A DNA stretch of 64,000 bases, taken from the NCBI GenBank assembly GCA_904063045.1, contig CAJFCJ010000026.1:722964-786963 (forward strand). The letters run 5' to 3'. Shown in pieces: positions 1-14,712 of the stretch. A program made the translations under genes and the position numbers. Source of the stretch: Dimorphilus gyrociliatus (lineage: Eukaryota > Animalia > Annelida). A model generated the notes under the pieces. It worked only from the letters and a program-made list of their open reading frames with translations. It made no database searches and was not told the origin of the DNA. Within the stretch, counting starts at the first letter, position 1. Each line of letters opens with the position of its first letter.

Positions 1-300
1 CCTAATAGAATCGTTAACTATGCCCTTATTGCAATGACAATACTAGTATTTATCTTGTTATGCCTTGTTATATTTTTTTTGCATAAATTAGAACTTGTTG
101 GAACTAGATTGTAAAAACATTAAAATAAATTAAATAGAACTTTGAACGATATCAAAGATATAGAAATGATTTCAGTTTAAATCTTACTAAAAATTTCCCA
201 CTTATTAGCAAAAATACATAGATAAGAAGTTGTATATATAGGCGATTTCAAAAAGAAATAACAATTTGAAGATTGCTCTTTTCAAAAAGAAGAAAAAAAG

Positions 301-767
301 ATGAAATTTGCTATATTGGTTCTATTTTTCTTGTCTGTTTCTCTCTTTGCCTTCTCTAAAGGTAGGATTATAATTATATTAATATATTGTATTTTAATTA
401 AGTTTTTTATTTATAAAGGACAAATAACTTGCTTTTCTTGTACTTCTGTTTTAAATCCAAATTGTGGTAATCCGTTTAAACCTGATAATATTTCTACTTG
501 TATAACATATGGAGAATGCTTTAAAACAGTTGGTCAGTTGTCTAATAATATAATTTAACTTTAATTTAATTGTGTTTTTGATTGTTTCTAGCTGGAACAA
601 TTTTTATGAGAGGTTGTTCACCTATTGCCACCTCTAGTGGTTGTACGACAGCCGACTCAGTTGCCGCCTGCTTCTGCAATAAAAACAAATGTAATTCATC
701 CTCAAATCTAAAGCCAATTTTAAAAACTTTTGGAATTGTATTTACGATTTTTGCACTTTTGATATAA
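301..767 (+). CDS. Ly6/uPAR three-finger (quiver/sleepless-like) GPI-anchored protein, copy 1; exons 301-361, 419-532, 592-767
   Basis: Signal peptide, TCFSC..NCG..C..C..RGC..C..CFCNKNKCN cysteine pattern, hydrophobic C-terminal GPI-type tail, two phase-1 GT-AG introns of 57 and 59 bp. Confidence 0.9.
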
Positions 768-2257
768 ATTGATTTTTATACGAATAAAAACATTTTGAAC
801 ACTATTAATTCATAATTAGTCTAATTTAAAGTTAAATATAAATTATAAGTAAAGAATAAAATGTCTAGTATGTAGAAGGATTGGTTAATAGCGGTTTGTG
901 TTCGTGTGTGTGGGTGTTGTTCTTTAATTTAAGTAAAGAACATTTCTTTAATGAGCGATAACTGAATGATCTAATCCTGTTAATTATAGTCGGGTAAAGT
1001 ATGAAATACTGCATATATTAAAATATAGTTAATACATTAATTTATAATTATAATATGAATAATTTAAATAAAAAAGAAAATTTTATTATTTACTTCGCGG
1101 GAAATTATTAAAAGATTCGCAGCGAATAGAACGTTCCATTCTTTACTATTGTTTTTCTTTTTAAACATTTGAAATAATTTAATGGTTAAAGATGATAAAT
1201 TAACATTTATTAAAACTTCTGATCCGAGTGTATTCCTCTTTAAAAGGATCATAATAGTTTCATTATTGTTTTAGATTATATTATTATTAAACACTTTAAA
1301 AGTCTTTTGTTAATGCCTGAAAGGTAAGCTATTTTTAATCATTGATAATATGTAAAATGTGGTTTTTCGTCTTATTTATCACTGTTCGATAATAATTAAA
1401 TGATAGGGTAAAGAAAATTTTTACAATTTTAATATAACTTTTATACTGTATGACCTATTTGCTGCCTAATGAAGACACTGATCTCCGTTCGGATTGTCAC
1501 GGACGAACATTATACTTCCTTAAATCTTTCTTTTGTTCAAGGGAAGTGGAACATACTAATTTTCAACTATACCAAATGGAACAATTATATGGAAAGAAGA
1601 GGATAAGAAAATGTAATATTTTCAACTCTCAATTAATATTTATATTAATGGGAAGTTGATTTTATACATAAGACATCGATTGATAATTGATAACAATTGT
1701 CTGATAAGTAATAGATAGGAGAACTATTCAAATTTATTTGTGATAAGACGAACCTGACATCATCAAGCAGTTACAACTTATGATTAAAGCCGTTTTTTGC
1801 AATCATACCCTTTTTTGACTGAGACAGTCTAATAGTGTGAAAATAAAAACGCCCCTTATGAGTAAATAATACAGAGGTAACGAGTTATTTAAGGAATTCA
1901 TAGGCCTACTGATATGGATAACAATAATCCAATTGCGTAATTTCCATAGAATTTACTATGAGAAGATAAGATAGATAAAGCATACGTAGGCACAAAAGAT
2001 GATAGAGGGAAAAGAGAATTTATCACGCATACAGCTAGTCAATAAGGTATAATTTATAATTTAAAAACTAACCAATTAATTAAGTGTGTTCATTGTCTAA
2101 ATTAAGATACTGTTAAAAATATGTAAACTTTATAGCATTTGTCAATTTATCAGCAAATATGTACAATCTATTAAATTTTAACTGGCTTATATGATATTTT
2201 CTTTCATTCGTTTCAAAAAGAAGTAGAAGAAAAGAGCATCCCTGCGAAAGAGAGGAT

Positions 2258-4098
2258 ATGTTTTATCAAATTCAATTACATCCAATTTTTTTTCTTCTCT
2301 TATTTATAATCAATTATGTACATTGTAACAATGTAAATTTGGCTATAGGCCTTCCTGTTGTAGCATCATCGAGATTCAATGACAGCTTTTTACCCGAATT
2401 TGGAAATGATAATCTAAAAACTAACACTACCACTAATCCTCTGTATGCATTAACAGTGTTAGTTGGTGGTCAGTTTACTTGAAAAATCAATATAATATTA
2501 CTCAAATTTGTATATATCTTAATAAGAAAGCCGATACAAAGTTGGGAAATTTCACTATCAATAGTCAACAATATTTGATGGATGAGATAAACCAGGAAAT
2601 ATGCGTAAAGAGTACAAGTGACTTTAACAAAGAACAACAAACTTCAAGCTTTTATTATCGTTGTTATGAGACAACATGTACAGGTTCTTTTCTAACAATA
2701 ATATCCAATGGTTGTGAGTTGGGATTATCGCATTTTAAAGCTATGGGTACTGTTGTGAAATTATTGGGTTAGTTGAGAAATATTTAAATTATTGCCTATA
2801 ATTATAATAATACTGTATATGTATTTCTTTCGTTAGATTATCAAATTATAAATTCAATTGAGACAAAGTCGTTTAATGGTACAAAGAATGTCAATGTATT
2901 ATTCGATAATCTGTATAGTACTTACCTCCAAGAAAAATGGTTTATCAGATTGGATTTTCAAAATCCAATTACAATTAGGGCACTTTTCGTTGACGTTGTA
3001 CAGACTGAAGGTAAATGTGTACTTTATGTAGATATATAGTTATTTTTGTCATTGAAACCATCTAACCTATATCTTTTTAGATGAAATGGTTTTTGAAAAT
3101 TTCTACGTTTCTGTCAATTGGATTCCAGTTTCAGAATTGAATTCCAACCAGGATTATTGCGTCAAAAAATATACTGCTCCAATTGTAGACGTTGGATATT
3201 TTACTTATATATTCAATTGTATTCCAGCAAGGTCTGGAAAATATTTGTTTATGGGAAAAGATACTGATTTCTTGGAAGATAATATTACAATAGCAAATCT
3301 AAAGATATTTGGTAAAATTCTAAATGATGATAATCATGAATACGAATCGTTGAAAGAGAACATATCATCAATTTTAAGTAGCGGTGTAGGTTATAAGAAT
3401 GGACTTACAGATAATTTCTATTCATTTCAACAAAATCATTTATCTCTTTTAAAAAACCGAGAATTTACAATTTCACTCAAGTCCATGTTACAAATTGATT
3501 ATATTTGTTTAACGTTTTTTGTCAAGAAAACAATTATTCCTGGTATATTCTCCATTCAACTCTCATCTAATACTAATTTGACAATGAAAATTTTAAATTC
3601 CGTCTTAGGACAAACAGCTTGTAAATCACTAAAAACTAATTCAAAAATTAATACAATAATTATTAAATTAATAAATACTAAAGCTAAAATAACTGAAGTT
3701 GATTTATTCTATAGTAGAATAAGATATGGTTTGTTAAAAAGATTTTTTTTAATTAGTGATTGTTTGTCATTTTTTATTTTTTAATTATAGAATTGTTCGA
3801 TGGTTCTTCAAAGGATTGTTTAAGACAATATGACATATTTGCGACCATTTCATTGGCAAATACGTATAATAAATTTGGAATAATAACAAAAGATGACAAA
3901 CTAGATTTATTAGATATTTTGATGTTAGCATACGCAGATCAAAATTTATATAAAGTTAGTAATTTTAATGGTCAAACGTTTAAAAATGGTAGACAAATAT
4001 ATTGGTTCAAATGCTCGTTTACGTCTAATAGAATTCAAATATACTCTTTAAAAAACAATCTAAAAGATATTAAATTACAAACTTTAGCCATATTTTGA
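2258..4098 (+). pseudogene. Secreted multi-module F-type-lectin/discoidin-like protein, paralogue A, with a 1-nt frameshift near 2438 (or a sequencing error)
   Basis: Signal peptide plus NLAIGLPV start. SWWSVYLKNQYNITQIC lies in a different frame from the ATG. Downstream exons splice cleanly and align with paralogues at 8206 and 20366. Confidence 0.7.
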
Positions 4099-4922
4099 CG
4101 TAAAAACCAGATGTTGTTTATTTTCCATTTTTTATTACTAATACATAGAATGAATCATCGAAACAGTAGTTATTACGAAAGTTTGCGCAACTCCAGGCAG
4201 TTGGTTATATCATTAAGCAACTTCCTAATCGTATACTATATGAGATTTTAAGCTTACTATGCAAAATTTTTACTTGGTGAAATTGGCAACAATTTTAATA
4301 GTTTTGTTTTTCTTGTTTGTCACGTTGTCCCTTCCAAGGACTGTTAAATTAGTTTAATAAAATCAAACTGTTCAGAGTTTGTCAGACAGCGATAAAAGTT
4401 TATACTAACAGTACATCAGATATCAATACTACAATATTTCTGCAAATTTTAAATTAAAAGAAAACATGTTTTGCAAACATAAACAGATAGTAGTGCCATC
4501 TATAGCAAGACGTAATCATTACTTTATTATTATTATTATTATTATTTTCTTTTTTGAAGTAGCAACTTCAGTAAGTTTAGTTTGTCCTTTTCAATCAATA
4601 TAAAAACATAAACCATAGGCCTATGGATCATAAATTATGAAAGTTGACAAGAACACTAGTTTATTTCATGTCGTATTTTTCTGTTGTAACTATATGGGAA
4701 TTTTCAAAGTTATGAATTAATTATGAAAAGGTTGCTACGTGTTCATTTGTAAATGTATACAGTCTATTTACATATTTGGGATAATATATATATATAGTAT
4801 AATCATTCATTGATAAATAAATATCTGGAGAAGATCTATAGAAAGTTTTCATTTACCCTTAAGCAGTATTAGTTGTGTTTTTTTTAAATACTTTTTTCTT
4901 TTGCAGTTATTTAACTGATGCA

Positions 4923-5425
4923 ATGAGACAAACTAGTATTTTGATCTTGATTGTTGCTTTCCTATCATCATCTATAAAAGGTAAAAGATAAAAAGTATAT
5001 GAATAATTGTAATATGTTTTCTTTCTTTTATTAGGTGATATTACCTGTTATGAATGTTCAAATCTATCAAATAATAACTGCGGTTTAAAGTTTCAAGGAG
5101 ACGCCGCAATAAGAACTTGTAAAGCTAAGGAAGCTTGCGAAAAGAGAGTTGGTAAGTTATAGACTATGTTTATAGAGTATTTTGATATTTGAACACTTTT
5201 TTTTTTTTTTTTTTAAATATCGACGCTATTCCAGTTGGAAGTACCGTTTCTAGAGGATGTTGGTCAGGTACCTCTGTTAAATCTGAATGCGTCACTTCGT
5301 CGGGTGTTACAGTTTGTTATTGTAAAACGAATACCTGTAATTCAACGTCAATTTTAAAACCTACTTGTGCAATTTTCTTATCATTTCTATCACTAATGAC
5401 AATATTTTTTTTGTATATTAACTAA
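4923..5425 (+). CDS. Ly6/three-finger protein, copy 2; exons 4923-4980, 5035-5151, 5235-5425
   Basis: Same exon phases and cysteine pattern as copy 1 (TCYEC..NCG..RGC..CYCKTNTCN), GPI-type tail. Confidence 0.9.
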
Positions 5426-7144
5426 GCACGTTAGTTGAATTAGTTGTTTAGTTTGTCGTAATCTGTATTTTATCTTTTAGTGGTTCGTATATTACATCTT
5501 GTGTGAATTATTTAACTTAGTAAATTACAAACTTAGTCAAATAAATGAGATAACTTTTATGAAAAGGAAAAAAATGACAGTACTATAGTCAGGAATAATA
5601 AGGAAACTGAAATATTTATATAATCGATCTTGTCTATGGCAAACAAAGTTTGTCAAGAAGTATTGTTTGCCATATCAATTTATCAAATAGATTTATTTTT
5701 GTCAAGTTTTATTTCCCTGATAGACGTTTGAATAGAGGAGTAAATGGCAAACTTAATAGAACCCTTCAATACTGTTAATAAATTATAGAATGATTTATAG
5801 TTATAGTCAAATGTTAGATCTAGAATTTTAAGTATTAATCAAGATAAAGGTGTTATGCATTAATGTTAAATAAATTAAATAGTTTGTCTTTCTTATCAAT
5901 AACTTTTCCCTCCCTCTCTTATTTCTATTAATATTGAATTCTACTAGTCGATTGCTTATGCCGAAGCATCAATTTTCAAACCAATTTCTATTTTTTAAAG
6001 ATTGACAGGGATCGTCTCCAAATATTCAATTATTGTAAACAGATCCATAGTGGATGGGAAAAGAAAAACAAAAGAAAGATAAATGTTTGACATTGAACGA
6101 ATTACTATAATAAAAAAAAATTGTTTTCATCTCTTCTTTTTGATATTCCGAAAAAGAAAGTGGTACATCAATAACAGTTTTTATTTATCTCTCTTATTTG
6201 AATTAATATTGTTGTTTTTTATATTTTCAACATATATATATATATATATAAAGTTATTTAAATAATGCGACTAATCGAACAACTACTGTATTATAAAATA
6301 TTCAAGAGCGTTGAAATATTGCGATTAATTAATACAATTTTACTCTAGAATGTATATATTCTATTAAATTTAACTCTATAATCGCTATTCTCAATATGTA
6401 ATATATACGTATAGGCATATAAACAAATGAAATATGTCATCAAAGTTAAAAGCCTTAAGCTCCCATTGTAAAAAACTGTTTATGTATCGCCATCTATCGG
6501 TATAAATTCAAAATAAAATAAACTTTCAAGTTTATATTTTTAAATTAAACGCCGTATCATCGTCACTTTATCTTTATCATCTTAAACGCTTATCTTTGAA
6601 TGGTTTAGAGCGCATAGAGTGTTTGTCGTAATATTTTTTAAACTTCTGAAGAAGATGTTGTTGACTATGCCATTTCAACAATTGAATTTAATATCTTTCT
6701 TCTAAACCAACAAAATAAGAAACCATTTATAAACCAATAACTTACCGAGTGTTTTTGAGTTATCAAGATATTCATTGTTGATATTTATCTATCTCTTAAT
6801 ATCGCTCCATTATAATTCTTTAAATCCAAAATATTTCTTTCTTATATTCCAAAAAAATCTAAATTGCTATTCCATTTAAAATCGTTATTTTTGTAATCTA
6901 TGATAAAACGAAACTATCGTAAATAAACCAAAATTTCCTCAATTCTAGGAATTTATTAATTAGTAACAAGGACTGTCCTTGATAAAAAATCTTTTGACAT
7001 TGATTTAATGTTATTATTAATTATTACAAAATAACTACTGATTTCTTTATCTAAGGCATTTTTTTTAGACCTACATACAAGAAATCTCTTTCTATATTCA
7101 ATGTCTCTATAAAAAACATAAAAAACTTAACGTTAGAAGGATGA

Positions 7145-7215
7145 TGAAGAGAATGTTCTTTCTATAGAACGTTTGATTGAAGAGAATGTTCTTTCTATAG
7201 AACGTTTGATTGAAT
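7145..7215 (+). repeat. 33-bp direct tandem duplication containing GAAnnTTC (heat-shock-element-like) units
   Basis: TGAAGAGAATGTTCTTTCTATAGAACGTTTGAT occurs at 7145 and 7178. Confidence 0.8.
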
Positions 7216-8205
7216 AGAACGTCCTAAGTGAGTGATAATTTAATAATTAAACTTTTTGTTGTATAAGAAAACAAACAAACAAATAAACAAGTAAAAGTTT
7301 GAAAATATAAAAATAAGAGGAAAAAAACTTGTTCGAAAAACAACAAAAAAAAAGCAAAAGACAACTAGTTTGAATAAATCTATAGAAATTCAGATAAGCT
7401 TTTTATTATCGCCCAACTCATAATTAAATCTATTGACATGCATGTAAATAATAGTTATAGACTTTTTTTTATCAATATAAAGAATAAGTACAAGTACGAC
7501 TGGCAAATATTTTGGAACAATTTTTTAAAGGAAGAACGTAGTTCTTTTAAATAGAATTAAAAAATAATAAAGAATATTTAAGGAATATTAATAAATTCGA
7601 TAAAATAATGAATGGATTATGGATTAATTCGTTTTTTAACATTCTTTTTTTTTTTAAGGGATAATTCTGAAAAGATTTGAAAGAAGAAAGTTGAAAAGTG
7701 GCTTGTGCTGCTAGTTTTAGGTATTTGAGCTGGTCTTTGATTTTTCCCTTATTGAACATTTATGGTACTATAAACAAGGAGTATTTGGAAATATTTAAAT
7801 AAGAATAATAATAAACAGTGTGAATATTTCGATTTTCTATTAAGAGATACCATTTTCATTAAAGAAATGCGAATAAAACACGAAAGAAAAATATTAAAAA
7901 TGGCTGAAGAGAATGAAAAATTGAAGGATTATTATTTATATATTTATATAGGTTAGTGTAAGAATTGGATAAACAATTTTATTATGTTATTGTCAAACAA
8001 GCAATGATTGTTTGTCGGCAGAAACGCTGGCTACTCTATAGCAATGAATGAACAATAAAATATTGTACAATATATTGACATATATGATATTTTCTTTATC
8101 ATCGAATAATAAAAATATATATATTGTCGATCTATTGATATTATTGACAAAGAATGTTACATTTAAAGAAAAATTTGATTCATTCTACGTCGGTTACAAG
8201 CAAAT

Positions 8206-10220
8206 ATGAATGTATTGTTTTTTATTACACTCCTGGTAGTGTCCTGTACTTGTATGATTTTAGAAAATGAAAACATTGCCAGGGGTCGATTATCGTATCA
8301 AAGTATGGAAAAAGATCAAACTAATAGAGCAACTCAAGCCAATTATCTACTACCAAATGGGCTAACAGAAACTTATAATAATCTAAGAGCTAATCAACTT
8401 GACTGGTGGTCAATTGATTTGGGTCATAAATACAATATAGAAGAGATATGCATGTGGAATTGTAAAGGACAATGTAAAGAATTTCTTTTACCTAAATTGA
8501 AAGTTTTGAATTCAAACAGTTTGCTTTATTCTTTTCAGCTTACAGTAAAGATTTTAAAGTGTTTGCTGGGGAATTTCCAGACGACGAACAGTCTACCTGT
8601 ATAGATGGAAATTTTGAAGTAATTTATGAGGCTACATTCAGCCCCGTCAGTTACAAGTGTAAAACCTGTAGCTGTACAGGTTCCTACGTTTCAATAAAAA
8701 CTAAGGGACACGTATTCAGATTTTCTGCCTGTGATATTAAAATAAAGGGAACTATTGTTCAAAATTCAGGTAAAGAATTTTTAGGGATGACGTCAATATT
8801 TGAAATATATAACACTAATTCTTTTCATAGAGAATGAAATTTTCAACTTGTCATCGTCGAATTTTTATTATGGACAATATATAAATTCTCCACAACCATC
8901 TGCTCTTCAAGATTTGAATTTTGCAACTTATATTGAAACTTTTTACCATAATCCTTCCCTAATAAAACCTTTTATTAGACTAGATTTACTGGCAACTCGA
9001 CAAGTTCAAACGATTATCATACAAACATACAAATCAACTGGTAAGAAAAAGAAACTTAAATATCTTAATAGCTGTAATAGTTTGTATTTATTAAAAAAAA
9101 GTATTTTTAAATAGGTAGATACATGTTTCAAGATGTAAGGATAACTATTTTCAAAGTTCCTGAAACTTTCCAATCTCCTCCACAGTCTAGTATGATAGCT
9201 CATATACGTGATTCTTCATCAGATAATTACAACTATTATCCAACCTATGTTGGTTATTCACCTCAATACATATCCGGCAGATTTGTTCTTATTAAAGCAG
9301 AAACTGGTGGCAATCCTATTATGACTTTGAGAATATCTCATTTATCTATACATGTAAAGAAACTAAACGATACCAATATCAATAGTAAATGCATTGAAAA
9401 AAAGAATCAATTTATCTCTGTTCATAAGGATAATATCCAATTAACAAATATATTAAACGATGGAATATATTTTAGCGATGGAACTACAGATAATATTGCA
9501 TTTGGGCCAAGTCAACCTATTTCTATAACAACACAGACGATCTTTTCAAATACTATTTGTTTAACGAGTAAAACATTTTATCTTTTTATAGATAAGCTTT
9601 CTGTTTTTAAATTTAAATCAGGCTTATCATTATTTTTCTTCAGTTTTTGCAAGTGGTATTGAAAGGGCTAATGGCGTAGGTGTTCGTTTATTGAAGGACG
9701 ATATAAACGTACATAACTACAATGTCAATACAGAATTTCGTTACCAACAAACTGTATGCGAGAATTTCTCAATTAAATCGATAAATAAGATAATAATATT
9801 TGGAACACATAATTACAAACTAAGCGAAGTGGACATATATATCTGTAACATTAATAGTGTACCTAGTAAGTTCTTAAATATCTTCCCCCCTCTATAGGCT
9901 TTATTTCTTGTATTTATAGTTCCGATAGAAAGTTTCCTTAATAATTGTCAAACATCTCTTCAAGATCAACTTATTGTACCAAATTCTATTGCTAATACAA
10001 TATCTGCTGGAATTGGATTTGGTGGATTTAATTTAAGTATTGAATATTTTAAAGTATTTGGAAAAGTTAACAATCAAATGTTTAAAGAATGTAAAATGAT
10101 TGATCGAATGATTGTTGTAAATACAAATGTCTTTTTCTACGATTGCAATTTACCTACTCATACTATTTATGCTTATATTTTTAATCCTATTATGAAGATA
10201 ACAAGTATTCTAGTATTATA
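8206..10220 (+). CDS. Secreted multi-module F-type-lectin/discoidin-like protein, paralogue B (appears intact)
   Basis: Signal peptide, NIARGRLSYQS and DWWSIDLGHKYNIEEIC FTP-like motifs, in-frame splicing through short introns, FRYQQTVC shared with paralogue C. Confidence 0.8.
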
Positions 10221-10559
10221 AATGATTCTGATTGTTTATATTTTAATGATTAATTGCACAATTGAATTGGAAAATATTGAAAAATTAATCAAATAAATAT
10301 ATTGGCCGTAGTAAATATTGTATGGAATTTTAGCACATAATTTGTTTGACAACTTACGATTTACCATACCTACTATATTGAATGGAAATTGTGTAAAATC
10401 GTATTTCAAGACGTAAGTTATAGATTTCTTATACAAACAAAACAAAAACATTTGTAAAATATAAATATAAAATCTTAATTATTGATTAATTAATATTTCA
10501 ATCCGTTTAAATACAATAAAAAAGGGAAAATACGAGTTTAATACGATAATAGATTTTTA

Positions 10560-11850
10560 ACTTTGAGCTAGAGCAGATAAAAAAAATAGGAAGCAAGAAC
10601 GGCAAGGAGATTAAGCATAGGTTTGAGAACGGGTACGGACTGACAGTGGAACGATCACAACGCAGCGAAATGAACACGAGCTGAGGTCTCTCCAGAATGG
10701 GAAAATGTAATTAGCAGGAATTGGCGACATCAGAGTTTTATCTGCGAGTCAGAGACAAGAGCCAACCTCAAAGAACACTTAGGAGTAAAATAAAGAAGAA
10801 AAAGCAGCCAGCACAATAGTTAAAGATACGGATTCGATAACCGATGGTATTGAGGAAGACGGCGGACTACTAAAAAGGTCCTAACAGACAAGTTGAACAC
10901 CAAGGAAATCCGCCAGCGGGAAGATATTGGTGGGCAAACAGCCCACACGACACCCCACGGCCTTGATGAAGTCCATGACAAGATGAGAAGGTCGTCGAGT
11001 GATGAGGAAATCACCCCTAAAGGCAACAGATAGGAGGTAATGGCTTTGAGCCACAAAAAACGATCGAGCAATTGATGAAAGCACAACGTGAAGGAATCAT
11101 GGGTGAGTGTGAAAGGATGATACATAAATGAAAATTTTGAGCACAGTCAAGGCGAGATGTAGGCGAGGTTCACTGATTCCCTAAAACTATCCAACGTGGC
11201 GTAGTAAGGAAGAATGAAATGGAGCCTCTACTAGCGAAGATGGGTAAAGATGCGCGACATCTCCGCTCTGGAACGAGGGAAGTCGAGCATAAGAGTCGGA
11301 AAAAGTCGGAAGAGTTCTGATAGAGGCTAAATCGCTAATTTGGTGAAGAGGAGGCAAGACGTGAAGCCGGAAAAGTTAGTAGTTAACGAAACTTATCTCC
11401 CACCAGCGTCGGGGGAGAGCACAACAAACGTTACACTAATTGCCCTACCATCTCGTGGAGAACAAGCCAAAGAGCCAACGTCTGGTAGAGGAATACGACA
11501 TTGACGATCGGGACAAGCTCGACCTACTGCTCGCTCAGCTGGGACCGAATGTTAGGCGCGAAATGGAGAAATACCAAGATGAACTTCTTGAGGAGTACAG
11601 GAACGCACTTTGGTGTCTCCATCGCTAATATGTGAAAATAAAACACAACGCAGCTGGCGCGGTGGCGAGACTCCGACAGATCGACACCGTAAAGGAGAAT
11701 GACTACGAAGGCAAGAAAAGATTGGCGCTGTTAATGAGAGAGAAATCCAATTGGAGTTAGGCCTATACGAAAATTGCCGTACTCAACTTTGTTTTTGTGA
11801 GGGAAACTCTAAATAAATTACAGGCGGTACGAAGCGTTCTTTATTAGAAT
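10560..11850 (+). mobile_element. Decayed Ty3/gypsy-like LTR retrotransposon fragment (PBS-like site and gag remnant)
   Basis: GC-elevated island. TGGCGTAGT at 11197-11205 matches a tRNA-Ser-type primer binding site. It is followed by a stop-interrupted gag-like sequence (EEYDIDDRDKLDLLLAQLG). Confidence 0.5.
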
Positions 11851-11939
11851 ATGCTAGACTCCAAGAAAGAAAAGAGTTAGCAACTGCCAACTAAATAAAG
11901 AAAAATTTAGGCCTAAAGATCACAAAAAGAACGATATAT

Positions 11940-12150
11940 ATTAACCCCATTGAGAATTTATACAGTTATTTGAAACAAAAAGTGTACGAAATTGGTAAGC
12001 CCCACACGCGTAATCATTTATGAGACAAAATACAAGAAGAAAAAATACATATTAACAATAGAGATTTTATAAAACACCTGTAAGAGGGAATAAGAGAAGA
12101 GCTTGGCAAATTATTGTCAACAAAGCCAATCAGATTGATTATTAACTTTT
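11940..12150 (+). mobile_element. Tc1-family transposase C-terminal remnant
   Basis: INPIENLYSYLKQKV resembles the Tc1 DLNPIENLW..LK motif, followed by stops. Confidence 0.7.
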
Positions 12151-12469
12151 AGACTAAAACAAAAAATAGAAACTTAAAACAAAGACAAACTAATTAATTA
12201 AGATAATATGGATATTTTTGGCAAAATATTTTTTTTCCCAGCAAACCGAATCCATTTTTCAATTTATCTACTTTAAGAAATATCTTTAAAAAAATAAAAA
12301 ATTTACGTAGATGGACGAAATCTAGAACAATTCAAGAATAATCTAATCTGTTTTGAAATTATATCAATCGTGTAAGATGTTATTGTGTTTATTATATTTG
12401 TAATAGTTGATTATCAACTATATTCTCAATAAATAAAATCTCTTTTTCAAAAACGAAAATCCGCCAAAG

Positions 12470-12560
12470 AATAAACCGACCAATCAACAAATGAAATTAA
12501 ATAATTTTCAACCAATCAGCAGCTTGTCTTAAAGATTGGCCGACAAATGGTTCTCAAAAA
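12470..12560 (+). promoter_or_regulatory. Two CCAAT boxes 32 bp apart (12480, 12512) plus ATTGG, homologous to the promoter at 14460-14745
   Basis: Both regions end in CCAATCAG, then about 33 bp, then AAATGGTTCT, with a later TTACCAGTTA block. Confidence 0.5.
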
Positions 12561-12999
12561 GAATATCACATATTTTCAGCTTAGAATATTTTAATACTTT
12601 AAAAATTTGCATTTGATAAATATAAAAATATTAATATATAAAAATAGGAATTTAATTTTCTTTACTTTTTCCGTTACCAGTTATTATAATTATTTTACTT
12701 GTAAGAATTTTTCGAAGAACAAAATCGAACTAAAATTGCTATATTCATTCGAAAATAGAATAAAGAGGCCTAAATCATTAAGTTAGACTTTTAGCTTGTT
12801 TAGCTGTTAGAATTCTAAAGGAAATTATTCAATACTGTAGAACAATAAACGAAATTAGATAAGTATTTGGAGACTATTCCATTTTTTTAAATCATGTTTT
12901 TTATTGTTTGGAAAAGATTTCCGCTGATCGATAAGAATAAATAACATAAAAAGAATAATTAACATAATAGCATTGATATAGTTTAAGTATTGAGATAGA

Positions 13000-14030
13000 T
13001 ATTATTAATATAGAAAGAGCAAAAGCTGCTTATAAATTTCAAGTTAACAGTCATCTACGCAAACCCTGCAATGTTAAATTCGACAAACTAGATACTATTA
13101 GTATTTAATCAAAATGCTTCAGGAAAGTTTAAATGATTGATGATCAGTTTATTTAGATGACTATTATCACGTGACTGAACTGTATTTTTGAAACTCTGCG
13201 GGAATAGGTATACATTTTTTTTATCAAGTAGAAATTATATCATTGAAGCTAGGGAATATCAATGTTCGTTTTTATTCTTACTTTACGCTTAGTTTACAGA
13301 AAATTACAATCACGCAATAATAACATAATGGTTCAATTTATTATCTTACTTATGTTGTTTCCAATCGATATTAAAATTACTGGTCGATATCTCTTAATTC
13401 GACTGATTGAAAACTATGAAATCAATTGAGGAAAATGCTTGCTTTACGGATGATATTTATACTTAAAAAAGAACATTGAAAATTTAGATAAGAACGATTA
13501 TGCTTAAAATAAACACAAGCTTATATTTTCTCAATAATATCATGGAGTTTATCATAAAGACAAAATGATCGATAATATTCACTTTTCTCCGCTGTAAACA
13601 CCAAGCCCTTATTGGCAAAATTCTATTTTCATAACAAGTACAATTTTACCTTTAATTATGCTTTATTCTTTTAAACTAATTAAACAGTTTTCACTTCTGA
13701 TAATTTATCCTTTTAAAGTAGAGCTGTACAGAAACAATACGACAACATTCAATTTTACTATAAACTCCTTTTCCAGTCAACAAGCAACGATTTTCAACAA
13801 GATTGAACTTTTATTCAGATATTCTTTTAGAATAGGTGAAGTTGATATACAGTATTCATATATATGTGCAAAATCAACAACTTATCTCTTATGATCTCTT
13901 CCTCGTTCTCTTTACTTATTACATGATTCCAGATTTAACTTTCAAAACTATTGCCAAACTTTACTATATCATTTTTTTTTGTTTTATAGGACCTTTCCAA
14001 TTGATCAAATATCTTGTTGATGCAAAATAA
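13000..14030 (+). pseudogene. Decayed paralogue D of the lectin-like family
   Basis: KITGRYLLIR, IDNIHFSPL* and NKIELLFRYSFRIGEVDI align with paralogues B and C, but with in-frame stops and no 5' exons found. Confidence 0.55.
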
Positions 14031-14454
14031 ATTTGCTATAAATCATTTACTTTCTTTAAGTTCCTGCGATTTGTTAACATTGAAAAAAAAACAACCCTTG
14101 TAAAACAATATTGCTTTTGCGTCTTTCTGTTTTGTTTTTAATGAAACTTGTCCTTACAGATACTTATTGTATTCTTGATTGTTCTTTCATGATCTTTATA
14201 ATATCAATACGAAAAAAGACCTTTAAAAAATGCGATCGCCTCTTTACGTTTCTAATATAAACAAAAAAAGTTATTGTTTATTAAAGCTTCAATATCGCTC
14301 AAGTTGTATTTTCGCATTAAAAGGTAAAATTATCGATAAGTAGTTGGGGTTTATTTTTTTTAAGTTCTATTGAATATAAAAATATTTTTTTACTTTTATC
14401 AACGGATATCGCTGTATGGATTATCAGCCTAATCATAAACAAATAATTATACAT

Positions 14455-14712
14455 TTTTATCCAATCAAAATTAGAATTATGAATATTTTTATCCAATCAA
14501 AGATGGAATTAACGTATTTTTTATCCAATTAGAAACAGAATTGTGCAATTAAAAAAAAAAGAAACGTTATGTATTTTTAACCAATCATAAAAAGACTTAA
14601 TATTTATTTTATCCAATCATAAACAGACTTTACTTATTTTTATCCAATAAATATAAAGAAATTTTTTATTTTCTTAGCCAATCAGATTTATCGAAAATTC
14701 GACCAATCAGTA
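14455..14712 (+). promoter_or_regulatory. Array of eight CCAAT (NF-Y-type) boxes
   Basis: CCAAT at 14461, 14493, 14525, 14581, 14613, 14644, 14678, 14703. Confidence 0.75.

Noticed and set aside
1450-1610. Faint mariner-like remnant (TDLRSDCH, KWNNYMERRG)
   Set aside because: Similarity too weak to support without a profile search
7660-7750. NUMT-like frame with several TGA read as Trp
   Set aside because: No mitochondrial protein motif recognised; plausible by chance in AT-rich DNA
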